A stretch of DNA of 64,000 nucleotides from Terriglobia bacterium (GTDB lineage Bacteria > Acidobacteriota > Terriglobia > 20CM-2-55-15), in assembly GCA_963664115.2 (NCBI GenBank), contig CAXWPJ010000010.1, positions 192,001 to 256,000 on the forward strand, read 5' to 3'. A program made the position numbers and the translations under genes. The notes beneath the pieces were generated by a model that ran no database searches, was not told where the DNA came from, and worked only from the letters and a program-made list of their open reading frames with translations. The stretch's first letter is position 1; each line of letters opens with the position of its first letter. This document shows, in pieces, positions 35,896 through 46,918 of the stretch.

Positions 35896-35901
35896 CGAGA
35901 A

Positions 35902-36070
35902 TCAGGGAATCGGCACACGTTCTTTCAGTTCTTCAAACCAGTTGAGGACGATGTTGATTGTGGGAAACTGTGCGGCCTCGCTCTCAGCGTCGTCGGCCCT
36001 GATCCTAAGAAAGCGCTGAGCGTCAGGCGTAACATCGTAAACACCTAACGAATTGTCATATGTGACGAAA
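35902..36070 (-). pseudogene. Orphan kinase C-terminal fragment
   Basis: YDVTPDAQRFLRI...INIVLNWFEELKERVPIP. Confidence 0.75.
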
Positions 36071-36073
36071 TCA

Positions 36074-37327
36074 CTATCTGATCGAGAACGGAATCGCGGA
36101 GAAGTCGCCCTCAGGTCTTGTGTCGACCGGCTCGAGCGCGCTGATTTCAAATGGCGCGCCGATCCGGTTACCGGCAAGGTCTTCCAGAAAAGAGGATACG
36201 AGGATCGAATACTCACCCCGCGCCCATGTTTCATGGGGAATGAATGCCCACCGAGTTTCGCCTTCGCTGATTTGGATCTCTCCTTCAAGCCGATCGCCCG
36301 CCCGAGTTATGACGCTGAGTGCACGTCCGAGAAGGCCGTGGTCCAGCGGTTCGGGAAACGACATCACCAGCGGTTCATGCGTACTGTTGCTGGGTAGACG
36401 GGACAGATCCCAACGTGTCAGGTCGATCGGCTCCGTGTCCGGTGGACCAACACGGAACTCCTTCTGAAATCCCTCCGTAAGTGGATTGCCGTTTGCGTCC
36501 GGCCAGGCATTGTCGATGAGGAGTGTATACCTTGCGCCTTCGGTCACCGATCGGCCCAGTTCGTCGCTGAGCACCAGGCCCTGTTTGATGCGACCGGGAT
36601 CAAAAAAGACGGTATAGCGTTGACGTGAAGGATCCCATAATCCCGTCCCCAGAACTTCACCCAAGGGTAGGAATGCCGATTCGACTTCACTGCCAACCTC
36701 GTCGACCAGCTTGACGTAGGGCAGACCGTTACTTGCGCGCATGGGCGCCGAGAAATAGATGTACACCTTGAGCTGATTCTCGGGTAGCACGTTGGTGGTC
36801 GGATAGATTCGCACCACGCGCACGCTGGGTGCCGCTGTGTCCGGGGGCAGATCCACGATCGAAACTATAGGCGAGCCGGTCTCCTCGACATAGTCAAACG
36901 GATCGAACGTCACGACGTAGTTGCGGCCTGGATCGAATGGAAACATGGGTGTGAAACGAATAAGGCCATCTAGAACGGCGTAGGATCCCAGTACTGGCGG
37001 GATGTCTGAGTCGGCGATGGGCGTCTCTTGCTCGACCGCGATCCTCAGGACCTGCTCCCACTGCAAACGATCCAGCATCGCCGTGTCTAAAGCAGAGAGA
37101 ATGAGTGGATCGAGGCCTTGCACTTCGACCGAACTGGAATCGCCGTCCGGGGAAACTGCGAGGTGAATCGCAGGAACGGTTTCGGCAATCGAATCCGACC
37201 TCGGAGTGCCGACCTGCTGGCCACAACCCAGGATCAAGGTAGTGGTCAGCATGAGGAGGCTGACCCAGACGGTCGTGTGGCGCGGGTCGGGAGAGACCGG
37301 CGCCACGCGATGACGATCCAAGGACAT
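36074..37327 (-). CDS. Hypothetical lipoprotein with Ig-like domains
   Basis: ILGC lipobox, LPENQLKVYIYFSAPM, DPGRIKQG and LEDLAGN. Confidence 0.7.
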   Translation of the reverse strand: MSLDRHRVAPVSPDPRHTTVWVSLLMLTTTLILGCGQQVGTPRSDSIAETVPAIHLAVSPDGDSSSVEVQGLDPLILSALDTAMLDRLQWEQVLRIAVEQETPIADSDIPPVLGSYAVLDGLIRFTPMFPFDPGRNYVVTFDPFDYVEETGSPIVSIVDLPPDTAAPSVRVVRIYPTTNVLPENQLKVYIYFSAPMRASNGLPYVKLVDEVGSEVESAFLPLGEVLGTGLWDPSRQRYTVFFDPGRIKQGLVLSDELGRSVTEGARYTLLIDNAWPDANGNPLTEGFQKEFRVGPPDTEPIDLTRWDLSRLPSNSTHEPLVMSFPEPLDHGLLGRALSVITRAGDRLEGEIQISEGETRWAFIPHETWARGEYSILVSSFLEDLAGNRIGAPFEISALEPVDTRPEGDFSAIPFSIR

Positions 37328-37342
37328 CGTGTTCCGACTTCG

Positions 37343-38488
37343 CTACGGTAGAGCGATCACTTTGAGGTCGGTCAGCCCGTCACCGTCACGGATCGCAATC
37401 ACCGCTTGTGTCTCGTCCAGCATGGCGAGCTGAAACGTGCCTTCCATCCGGTCGATGGCTTCGAACGGCACCCCGGCAATGTCTTCCATTTCCGGTACCC
37501 TTTCGGTTATCGGCTCCTGATCGGCCACGTCATCCATTGTCATTTTCATCACGCCTTTGCTGACAGTCGTGATCAGAAGAATGTCTTCACCATTCTGCTC
37601 GTACACGATCATGTCCAGCGGGCGATTATAGGCGCCCATTTCGGCTATCGTGGTGCCTCTGACTTTTCCGGTGAAGGCGTTCCCGGCAGCCAGAGCGGCG
37701 GTCGAGAATCGAACCAGAGGCGTGCAGAAGTATCCAGCGATCAGATTCTGCTCGCCGTCAACGACATGGGGTACGAATGTATAGACGGGCGCCCGCGTTT
37801 CGAACGCTCCGTGCGAGGCGTGCCAGATTTCGACGCTGCTTCCCGTTCCAGCTCCCGAGAACGGGTAGGCCACCGAACGCAGCTTAGACGCGAATTCCTC
37901 ATTGGAGAGCCCCGACACCAGAAGCTGGCCGTCAAGGTACGCCATGTCCGTGACCGTTTCCATCCGTCGGTTCTGGGCACCCAAATAGGGAGGGCGCGGC
38001 CCTGGACGACTGGGTTGGACGAAGTCGTCTGCCGGGTTGGGCAACTCGACTCGGGTGTATGCAATCTGATCCAGTTCGATGACGTCGATGGTTCCCGCGC
38101 CATCCACTCGGAGCAACACCGGAGCGCTCGTGTCAGCAGAAATCCGGGAAACGGAGAGAAATGTATTCTTCGAGTTGGGACTGACTGCGATGTCATTAAT
38201 GAGAATCTCTTCCGCGACGGTGCCCAGCATCGCGGCAATTTTCTGGTCGAGTCCGCTGACAGAGGCGGTGCCTTCCCTACGACCGAACTCCTCACGGTCC
38301 AACCGTAAGGCGAAGATCGTTGCTGTCATATTGTCGGCCACGAAGAGCGTGTCGTCCGGGCCGAAGGCCAGCGGCCCTCCCGATGTGAGATCCGGATTTA
38401 CGGTGGGTCGGCGCTGGGCCGATGTCCAGGACGTGCCAAGAATCAGAATGACAACAATCCCGCTGATGCCGAATAACCACTTTCTCAT
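37343..38488 (-). CDS. Exported hypothetical protein (beta-propeller-like)
   Basis: Signal peptide, GLSNEEFASKLR and HGAFETRAP. RBS gggag. Confidence 0.7.
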   Translation of the reverse strand: MRKWLFGISGIVVILILGTSWTSAQRRPTVNPDLTSGGPLAFGPDDTLFVADNMTATIFALRLDREEFGRREGTASVSGLDQKIAAMLGTVAEEILINDIAVSPNSKNTFLSVSRISADTSAPVLLRVDGAGTIDVIELDQIAYTRVELPNPADDFVQPSRPGPRPPYLGAQNRRMETVTDMAYLDGQLLVSGLSNEEFASKLRSVAYPFSGAGTGSSVEIWHASHGAFETRAPVYTFVPHVVDGEQNLIAGYFCTPLVRFSTAALAAGNAFTGKVRGTTIAEMGAYNRPLDMIVYEQNGEDILLITTVSKGVMKMTMDDVADQEPITERVPEMEDIAGVPFEAIDRMEGTFQLAMLDETQAVIAIRDGDGLTDLKVIALP

Positions 38489-38735
38489 TGTGTCTCTCCC
38501 TTTTAAAAAACCGTTAACTCAATTCGAATTGCCCGAGGCCGAACGTCGGCCAAGTTGCGGATCAGTTGGGACGCGGGATCGGGGTCCGCCTGGACACCTA
38601 CACAGTCGCCGGATTGTACCCACGGCGCAACGCCGTCACAGTCTTGAAATCCAGCCTCATTCAATTGGAAGCCAGCGGCAACGCCTTCATTTCTCACTCT
38701 CGGCAGCGAGGTAAACCCACACAATTCGATTCTCA

Positions 38736-38763
38736 ACTTCCGACAAGATGATTTGTCAGGACT
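38736..38763 (+). repeat. dif-like site A5
   Basis: acttccgacaa-gatgat-ttgtcaggact, then ctacggcaccggc (tail remnant). Confidence 0.85.
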
Positions 38764-38950
38764 TGAGCTCCATTTTCACGGTTGGCTACGGCACCGGCTC
38801 CAGGTCCATGACCGCGCCGCCATTCCACAGGCCGTTCAGATCGCGGACCGGAGCCGGCTCCTGGGCAGCTCCGTAGCGCGACAGGGTGAGAAACATAATT
38901 ACAAAGAAAGACGCACCGCCGGAACGTCTGATCATGTCGGATGCTCCCGC

Positions 38951-39349
38951 TTAATTCCCGATGCCGGTGCGATCAAACACCGTGCCATTGGCCAAAGTCA
39001 CTTTGGCCAGATGACCGCGCGGCGTCTCGTCCGTCGCGGGATTCACCTCAACGTCGATGACATCGCCGGGTTTCACGGCGTTTCTCAACCAACCCATACG
39101 CGACAGCGCCGATGGGCTCCCCGTTTCCGTATTCCAACGCGTGACCTCGCCGTTCTCGTCGGTGACATCGAACGCAATTCTGGTGTGCGGATTCGTCCAG
39201 GCCACGCTGACAATGGTTACGTCTTCAAACGCAACCTCTCTTGAAGTTTCGTAGATCGCAGCGAACGCGTGGTGCGCGTAAGACACCATCACACCCACCG
39301 ACAGAGTGAACAACAGGGCCAGCAGAGTTACCTGAATTGTTCTCTTCAT
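38951..39349 (-). CDS. DUF6152-like exported protein
   Basis: AHHAFAA, WTNPH and LSRMGW...KPGD. RBS ggagga. Confidence 0.75.
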   Translation of the reverse strand: MKRTIQVTLLALLFTLSVGVMVSYAHHAFAAIYETSREVAFEDVTIVSVAWTNPHTRIAFDVTDENGEVTRWNTETGSPSALSRMGWLRNAVKPGDVIDVEVNPATDETPRGHLAKVTLANGTVFDRTGIGN

Positions 39350-39510
39350 CTCTCCTCCTTCCCCTCTTTCGCATTTCCCGAATGACAGGGTCCCCCGACG
39401 AATGACGCTCTCAGTTCCCGTTGGCGTTAAGGCTGCGAATCGTCGAAATGAACCGTTAAACACTTTGCAAACGATACTAAAGGGATGCGTTAAGCGCTAT
39501 CCAATTCTCA

Positions 39511-39593
39511 AGTCCTGACGAACGACCTTGTCGTCTTCTGAGCACGCGCCTAAAAATGGGAGTTATTCAACAACAAGATGATTCGTCAGGACT
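39511..39593. repeat. Site pair B3 (39511-39538) and A6 (39566-39593), both degenerate
   Basis: agtcctgacga-acgacc-ttgtcgtcttc, then ...acaa-gatgat-tcgtcaggact. Preceded by the kinase leader sequence (aacgatacta...gcgctat). Confidence 0.7.
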
Positions 39594-39764
39594 TGAGAAG
39601 GATAGCCGTCCGAAGAGTCGGAGCTCTCCGATTCCTCCTCTGTGAACCGTTCGGCCAGGATCGCGGCTGGCGCCCGGATGGGGCCGAATTTCGAAACATT
39701 TACATGGCGCTCGGCCGCCGATATGGCCGTATCATTGTTTTCGTTTCCATGTGGAGGCATTTCT

Positions 39765-42257
39765 GTGAAAGTCCCGGTCGCTCTGATGATTCTGGCACTG
39801 ATCCTGCCCAGCTCCGTTTTCGCACAGGACGGCACACTGCCGGCCGAAAACCCACTTGCGGTCTTGAAACTGGAAGTCGAAGGCGTCCTCGCCGAAGCGG
39901 CGCTTCCGTTCAGCGACGTGCAGGAGGGCGCGATCATCTTAATGATGGAAGACCGGCGTCAGGCATCGGAAGAGCTGTTTGGCGACCTGATGGACTTCAG
40001 CGCGGGTCCGACCCAGGGACAGGCCTCGGATCGCCTGCGCTCGGCAATCGAATGGATGGAGAACGAGTTCGTCACGCGTCTGGAGGACTACCTGACGATT
40101 GAACAGCTGATGGCCTGGAACCGATATTTGGAAACGCGTGAGTCGCTGGCCCAGGACGCACCGGAACAGGATCCTTCACAACAGCAGACCCAATACGTTC
40201 GGCTCAATCCGAACCAGTTCACGGCCGAGGAAGGGTCCTACCGGATCGGCAGTGCACCGCGCCGAGCGGAAGTGATCGAGCGGGGGGGCGCCGGTGCGTT
40301 TCATGGAAACGTGCAGTTCTTGATCATCGACGAATCCCTGAACGCGAGTCGGCGCTCCTACAACCTTGGCCACCGGGTGCCGACCGTCAAGCCCCCATAC
40401 CAGGAGCGCGACACGAGTTTCGATGTCAGTGGGCCGGTTCTGCCGGGCCGGTTGACACTGAGCTTCGCGGGCCGCCAGAACGAGGCCGAGAACGTAGACA
40501 CCATCAACGCCACGCTGGCCGATGGCTCTCCGTTCTCCAGTGAAATCGTCCGGCCGACGACGCACCGCTTCCTATCCACCGGAGGGACCTACCAGTTTGC
40601 CGAAGCCCATTCGTTGACGTTCAACCTGGAATACGCCCCATATTCCGAGCGGAACCAAGGCATCGGGGGGTTCGTATTGCCCGAACGTGCCTGGACGGCC
40701 GAAGGCAACAGCTGGAACGTGGAGCTGCGGCAGTTCTCGTCGTTGTCGGCCCAAAGCATTTATGAGACGCGATTCAAGGTCAGCACCAGCCATGAGGAAA
40801 CGGTCCCCGGAACCGATGGGGTACGGACCGACGTCATCGATGCATTCAGCAGCGGTGGCTCCGGGAACCGCTCCGAGAACAACAATCGCAACTACGAGTT
40901 CAGCAACCTGTACACACGGATCGGGGAAGGCACGACGATCCGCTTCGGCTTCAACGGAATCTATCGGAAGAACAAGGCGCTTTCCACGGCCAACTTTGAC
41001 GGGACCTTTACGTTTTCCAGCCTGGACGATTTCAACCAGGGGCGGCCTTTTCAGTATCGGGTGGCACGGGGCGAGCCCCAGCTTGAAACCACCCAAACGG
41101 AGCTGTCGTTCTTCATGCAGAACGACTGGAAGCTGACCCCGGAGTTGACTCTCTATTACGGTTTTCGCTATGACTGGCAGACGAATTTGAATGATGCGAA
41201 CAACTTCGGTCCCCGGTTGGGGTTGGCCTACGCCCTGGGTCCGGCCACGGTCATACGGAGCAGCATCGGCGTTTTCTACAACGGTCTGGGTATCGACCTG
41301 GTCGAGGGGCAGCGGCGGCTGGACGGGACACGTCAGTTCGAAATCGTCATTGATGATCCCTCCTATCCCGATCCTTTGCAGTCCGGAACCGTCCAGAATC
41401 TGTTGCCGTCGGTTCGGGTGACCGACCCAAAGCTGTCGACGCCCTATGTCAGCGCCGGAATTATTTCGATCGAACGGACCTTCTTGACGAACCTGTTCCT
41501 GAGCGCCTTATATGAACACAGTCACGACACGCACCGCCTGCGCTTCAGAGACCTGAATGCTCCGTTCGACATCACCGCGCCTGTGCGGCGTTCCTGCACT
41601 AGGGATCAGAACAGGAAGACCTGTGTGCGCCCAGATCCGACCAAGGAAGAAATCCTCAATCTGGAGGGGACTCGAGCCGAGATCTCCCACTCGCTTCGGC
41701 TGACGTATCGGCAGCGGTTCAGCATCTTCAATGTGTCGGCGAACTACGAGTTTAGAAGAGCCCACTCCGATGGCCGTCCGAATGCGGGCGGCGACCTTCC
41801 TGCGGATAACTACGATCTTCGAGCGGACTGGAGTATCTCCCGCTTCTTTCCGACGAACACACTGAACAGTACCGTGAACGCGCAGCTCCCGCTGGGCATC
41901 TTCTTGACCGGAACGATGTCGACCAACAGCGGTCAGCGTTACAACATCCTGACCGGAACGGACGACAACCAGGACGGCCGCTTGACCGATCGGCCTACAG
42001 GTGTCCCGCGAAATAACGGCGACGCGCCGAAATTTCTCAGTTTCGGCTTCAATATCTCAAAGGCGTTCTTCTTTGAGGGTGCGGGAGGACCAGGCGGAAC
42101 GCGGACCAATCTCAATGTGTTTGCCAACATGACAAACGCGTTCAACAACGTGAACTTCAACCTGCCTTCGGGCGTGATGACCTCACCGAATTTTGGCCTG
42201 TCGACGAGCGCACAGGATCCGCGGCTGATTGAAATCGGGCTGCGCTTCCAGTTCTGA
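39765..42257 (+). CDS. TonB-dependent receptor-like outer-membrane beta-barrel
   Basis: Signal peptide, FFMQNDWKL, NNFGPRLGLAY and C-terminal IEIGLRFQF. Confidence 0.8.
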   Translation: MKVPVALMILALILPSSVFAQDGTLPAENPLAVLKLEVEGVLAEAALPFSDVQEGAIILMMEDRRQASEELFGDLMDFSAGPTQGQASDRLRSAIEWMENEFVTRLEDYLTIEQLMAWNRYLETRESLAQDAPEQDPSQQQTQYVRLNPNQFTAEEGSYRIGSAPRRAEVIERGGAGAFHGNVQFLIIDESLNASRRSYNLGHRVPTVKPPYQERDTSFDVSGPVLPGRLTLSFAGRQNEAENVDTINATLADGSPFSSEIVRPTTHRFLSTGGTYQFAEAHSLTFNLEYAPYSERNQGIGGFVLPERAWTAEGNSWNVELRQFSSLSAQSIYETRFKVSTSHEETVPGTDGVRTDVIDAFSSGGSGNRSENNNRNYEFSNLYTRIGEGTTIRFGFNGIYRKNKALSTANFDGTFTFSSLDDFNQGRPFQYRVARGEPQLETTQTELSFFMQNDWKLTPELTLYYGFRYDWQTNLNDANNFGPRLGLAYALGPATVIRSSIGVFYNGLGIDLVEGQRRLDGTRQFEIVIDDPSYPDPLQSGTVQNLLPSVRVTDPKLSTPYVSAGIISIERTFLTNLFLSALYEHSHDTHRLRFRDLNAPFDITAPVRRSCTRDQNRKTCVRPDPTKEEILNLEGTRAEISHSLRLTYRQRFSIFNVSANYEFRRAHSDGRPNAGGDLPADNYDLRADWSISRFFPTNTLNSTVNAQLPLGIFLTGTMSTNSGQRYNILTGTDDNQDGRLTDRPTGVPRNNGDAPKFLSFGFNISKAFFFEGAGGPGGTRTNLNVFANMTNAFNNVNFNLPSGVMTSPNFGLSTSAQDPRLIEIGLRFQF

Positions 42258-42330
42258 GGGCTGTCTCCCCCCTTGCTACCGCAGTGCACTCCCCGCCAGT
42301 GTTCCTGGGGACACGAACCTCACTCAAGTA

Positions 42331-42564
42331 TTCCTCGAAACCGTGGATCGCCGCTATGTTGGGATAGTTCAGCGAGGCAAGCATCTTTGCTTCACGTTCA
42401 AACCGAGCAAGACGATCCGTGTCTTTCGCGAACTCTTCGGGCAGCATCTTAATTGCGACTTCACGTCCAAGTTTGGTGTCCCTGGCACGCCACACCTCAC
42501 CCATTCCACCCTTACCCAAGAGTGTGCTGATCTCGTAGTGGCCGAGTTTGGTGCCAGATTCCAT
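42331..42564 (-). pseudogene. Ser/Thr kinase N-terminal remnant (about 78 codons)
   Basis: MESGTKLGHYEISTLLGKGGMGEVW...IHGFEE, then unrelated sequence. Confidence 0.85.
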
Positions 42565-42646
42565 GTTTAAAGTGTGTCGCCAAAAGTAGTGGCGAAATTC
42601 TGGTAAGTCTATCTAGGTGGGAGGGTTATTGGCTATTAAATTCTCA

Positions 42647-42674
42647 AGTCCTGAGAAACGACATTCTCGGACGT
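42647..42674 (-). repeat. Inverted partner site B4 (intact)
   Basis: agtcctgagaa-acgaca-ttctcggacgt inside ttctca...tgagaa. Confidence 0.85.
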
Positions 42675-42726
42675 TGAGAAACCCCAGCAATTTACCCAAT
42701 TCTCAAGGTCCGAGAAGATGATTTAT

Positions 42727-44184
42727 TGATGGTATGGACTCCTCTTTGATGACTGAGTCGGCATCGAAGTGCCAAAGTCATTTTGAGCCTCGCAATAAAG
42801 CGGGCGAAACACGTGTACGTGTGAACAAAAAGGAGTCCGAGATGAAGAATAGAACGATAGCAGTGGATCTGGCAAAGAATGTTTTTCAAATTGGTGTTTC
42901 AGATCGCCCCGGGCATGTAGAGAAAACCTATCGTTTAAGTCGGGCAAAGTTTCTGGGGTTCTTTGCGAACCAGGAGCTGGCGACCGTGGTGATGGAAGCC
43001 TGCGGATCCGCCCATTACTGGGGTCGGAAGATCCGGGAACTGGGACACACGGTCGTTCTGATCTCGCCGCAGTATGTGACGCCCTACGTCAGGCGCAACA
43101 AGACCGACCGTACGGATGTGAAAGGATTGTTGGAAGCCTATCGTGACAGCGATATTCATCCAGTGCCGGTCAAAACCCTGGCCCAACAGCAACTGACCTC
43201 ATTGCATCGAATCCGTTCGGCGTGGATGCGAACCCGAACCGCACGGATCAATACGGTGCGGGGGTTGTTACGGGAGTTTGGCTACGTGATCCCGACCGGA
43301 GCGGATCATCTGGTGCCGGGGGTAATGGAGCTGATCGAAGATGCAGATGTCGTCATCCCCAGTGTCGTTCGGGAGATGTTTCACCAGGTGTGTGGCGAGA
43401 TCCGTGAATTGGAATCTCGCATGCGATCGGTGGAACAAGAGTTGAAGACGCTGGCTCGGCAGATGCCTGAGGTCGCGCGTCTGACGTCGATTCCCGGCAT
43501 CGGCCTGTTAACGGCAACGGCAATGGTGGGGTTTGTTGGAAACATCAAACGATTCCGAACGTCCCGCCATTTTGCCAGTTATCTGGGACTCACACCCCGG
43601 GAACATTCCAGTGGCAACCAGCGACGCATGGGCCGGATCAGTAAGCAAGGCGATCGTTACCTCCGGATGCTGTTGGTTCATGGGGGCCGTTCCCTGTTGT
43701 GGAGTGCCCATCGAGAGGGCGCCACACCGACACCTCTCCAGCAATGGGGTCTCCAGAAACACGAGTTCCGCGGACACAACAAGGCAATCGTTGCACTGGC
43801 CAACAAGTTGGCGCGTCGCGTGTGGGCGGTTTGGAACCGTGACTGTGACCATCAGGCCCGGTATCAGGCGGCCTGACCCGGAACAGTCGGAATATCTTTT
43901 CAGCGAGCTGCGATGAGGTTCGAGATGATGGCGTACCGGTCAGACCGGCGCGGGGCAACGCCGACAAGTCCTTTGGCCCTTAGAGGCCGTTATTTTATCG
44001 GTTGGCTCCCCGCGCGCAAATTTCCATCATGGCCTGGAACAATACAGTTCCACTTTTGAGGCCGAAGATACGGGTGCAGTCGACTAGCTACTCACCTCGT
44101 AACTTCTAGTCAGTCCTGCTGAATGCATTTTGCCGAAGAAAGCTGACGGGAGAGCTGCGCCTACTTGACAGAGGAGTCCAGATA
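42727..44184 (+). mobile_element. IS110-family, IS1111-type element (transposase 42842-43876)
   Basis: DEDD motifs (AVDLAK, VVMEACG, KTDRTD) and SSG motif. Sub-terminal inverted repeats tggactcctct / agaggagtcca. No target duplication. About 300-bp downstream non-coding region. Confidence 0.93.
43880..44170 (+). ncRNA. Putative bridge/seek guide RNA of the IS1111-type element
   Basis: Non-coding region with stems flanked by short matches to the target site and to the donor junction. Boundaries are approximate. Confidence 0.65.
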
Positions 44185-44206
44185 CAGGACTTGACCGGCG
44201 AAAGCG

Positions 44207-44695
44207 TCAAGAGCCTCGAACCTTGAAGATGAAATATGTGATCTGTTCCCCCGGCCCTACGATCACGGGATGTGGTGTTCCGGCCGGGACCTGCACGATG
44301 TCGCCCTCGGCGATCCGCTGCACTGTTCCACCCTCAATCGTCGCGCCGCGTACTTCGCCGGGTGTGGTCTCGGTGGGATTCGGGATCGTGCCGCCGAGGA
44401 CCATCGAGGCGTTGCCGAAAAAAATGACGTAGAGATCCGACCAATCAGCATGAGATTCTGAGAAACCGGGGCCGGGCTCAAGATGTGCGACGGCCGCGAA
44501 GTAGTGCTCATAGTCAATGATGCGGTCGGTCACTCCACGGTTGTTAGCGCCTATCTGCCCTGCGAGCTCTCGGTCGATACTGTCCAACTGGAAGGCACTC
44601 CAATAGTTGTAATCGGCTAGTTCCTGAGCTGAAAGCGTCGGGGTGGTGAGCAGGAGTGCTGTGATCAGTAAGGTCAAACGGCCGCGAGTGTGCAC
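44207..44695 (-). CDS. Exported cupin-domain protein
   Basis: SESHADWSDLY and GDIVQVPAGTPH. Confidence 0.75.
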   Translation of the reverse strand: MHTRGRLTLLITALLLTTPTLSAQELADYNYWSAFQLDSIDRELAGQIGANNRGVTDRIIDYEHYFAAVAHLEPGPGFSESHADWSDLYVIFFGNASMVLGGTIPNPTETTPGEVRGATIEGGTVQRIAEGDIVQVPAGTPHPVIVGPGEQITYFIFKVRGS

Positions 44696-44741
44696 ATATG
44701 GTCTCCTTCGATCCGGATGCCCCGTTCCGGTTGAATTCTCA

Positions 44742-44769
44742 ATGTCCGCGAAGATGATTTATCAGGACT
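44742..44769 (+). repeat. dif-like site A8 with kinase-tail remnant
   Basis: atgtccgcgaa-gatgat-ttatcaggact, then tcagggaaccggtacccgttccttcagttcttc. Confidence 0.85.
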
Positions 44770-44844
44770 TGACCTTGGAAATCAGGGAACCGGTACCCGT
44801 TCCTTCAGTTCTTCAGAGACCCCTCTAAGCCGAAGTCCCGCGGT

Positions 44845-45069
44845 CTAAGTGACGAAACTTTTTTCAACAACTGCAGATCCGATCGCATCGCCGAAAGCGT
44901 TGACGGCGGTTCTGAAGCGATCCAGCAACCAGTCTACCGAAAGAATAAGCCCGACGTACTCGACAGGTAAGCCCACTGCGTTTAGCACAATGATCATTGT
45001 GACCAAGCCGGCCTCGGGAATGCCCGCGGCGCCGATCGCCGCCATAGTTGCCGTCACGGCCACTACTAG
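44845..45069 (-). pseudogene. C-terminal fragment of a dicarboxylate/amino acid:cation symporter
   Basis: [16 protein letters not shown]...[18 protein letters not shown]. Confidence 0.75.
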
Positions 45070-46918
45070 TCCCAAAACAAGCGCATAACCAGTCCGCCGA
45101 GGCCCAGTTCGCGCCGATAGAATTCGAGGCATAGAATCCCGTTCCCGGATGGCCTGTTCCAGGTATCGAGTTTCTGTTGAATCTGTTTCAGTTCAGCCTC
45201 GCTGGTGTTGGACGGTTGACAGAAACCGGGACCTCGATCGCCCGGGCTCAGAGTCATGATCGGGTCAACATCGCAGAGGCTGACGCAACACATCCACCCC
45301 GCGGAACAAGACCGGCAACCACCGGTTCCAGGCCAGGATCCGGAACAGAATGCGCCGCCCGGTGCGCACGAGTTGGCACGGCACAAGCATGAAAGCGTTC
45401 AAGAAGGTTTTGAACTCCATGCGCAGCACGGTTTGCTTCTCAGCCTGATATTTTTGGCCCCAACGTCCGGTTTCGGGAAGCAGCAATGCAAACCACGCTT
45501 TCAGTGTCCAGGCCAGTGACGCGATCACCATGTAGGCCCAGTTGCTGGTCTGATCTCCGACCGGCATCCGCAACGCCTGAACGCCGTTCTTCAACTGCTC
45601 AATGAGATTCTCCTGATTGCACCGTTGATTGGCACGCATCACAATCTGGTCGGCCGGATCCGAACGGTTGGTAATGTAGAAGAAGTACCGGATGTCGTCA
45701 AACAACACCTGCTCTCCTTTGGCCACCGACAGATTCTTCCGCACCACGACGACACGGTAGTCCCGATCGCAGGCTCCGGGTCGATACCGAAACTCGGCCA
45801 CATCCTCACCCTGCAAGCGGATATTGTCGAAACCGCGCTGCCGAACGATCTCTTCCTTCACGTTGTCGGGACGTTGGCGCGGTTCGGTCGCCACGTCGTA
45901 TTTCGCGGGCCGTTCCAGGCGCTTCCACTGGCGCGGCTCCAGTTCATCGGCCCGGGCCTTCAGGTTCGCCATCGCGTCAATCCCGAATATGAAACCCACC
46001 TGCTGGTCGTCCCATCCGTCCAGATGCCGGGTCTGGCTGAAGTCCGTGTCCCCGCGCAGCAGGATCTGGCGAAACCCCGCATGCCGGCACAATGCGATGG
46101 CTTGGTCGAACCGGACCGCGGCTCCTTCATGCGACGGCCGGTTGCCGCTACGATTGACCAGATACAGCGGTTCGGCGGTGTTGGCCAGCGAGATCATCAG
46201 CGGGTGATATCCCCACGTCCCGTCGTAGGCCACGTCCATCCCTTGCTTGCATTCCCCCGTGGTTTCGGCCAGTGTCCCGTCCGCGTCCAACACCGCTTCT
46301 TCGAAAAACGCCGCCGGTTGCTGTCGCCAGACTCCGAGCCGGACTTGATTGGTTGCCTCCATCAGACACTCCACGTCGTCGGCCTCGAATCTCCGGCAGA
46401 AGTCTCCCGCCGTCGTCGGATCCGGAATCCGTTGCGCTCCCAGCGCATCCAGATACACCGCATCGTTGCGCCGCAGTTCGATGTCTTCCAGGCACGTTCC
46501 TCCGCTCAAGGCGTTGTAGGCGATGTTCAGCACGTGATCCGACTCGTGATACGGCAGGTGCCGCTTCAACACATGCACGCCCTTGTCGATGGCTTCGATC
46601 AGCCCGGTCCGCCGCGCCACCAGTTGCATCGTCCCGATACCACCAACCGATGTGCCCCGCGTCCGCTCTCCCATCTCGTACTGAATGTTGCTCGCCGAAA
46701 ACATCGGCTCTACCTGATCCGTCCAATGCCGGTCCCCAAGCCGACGTTCGATTCGCCGCTTGCGGTTCCTCATGTTCTTGCGCGTATAATCGTTCATCTG
46801 AAATGCCTCCTTTTCCGAAGAATCTGTTCAAGGTTTTTTTCGCACGGAGAGGGGGCATTTCGGGTACTTCCGCTCTTATTGCACTATCATTTCCTCGTCA
46901 ATCACGCTTGTTCAGGGA
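45070..46918 (-). mobile_element. IS1380-family element (transposase 45265-46797)
   Basis: Motifs PDPTTAGDF, LDADGT, GYHPL, LLRGDTDF and QENLIEQLK. Inverted repeats tcccaaaacaagcg / cgcttgttcaggga, flanked by CTAG. Confidence 0.85.

Larger units (their letters stand above)
42706..44191 (+). repeat. dif-like site A7, split by IS110
   Basis: aggtccgagaa-gatgat-ttat|IS|caggact-tgac. Confidence 0.85.
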
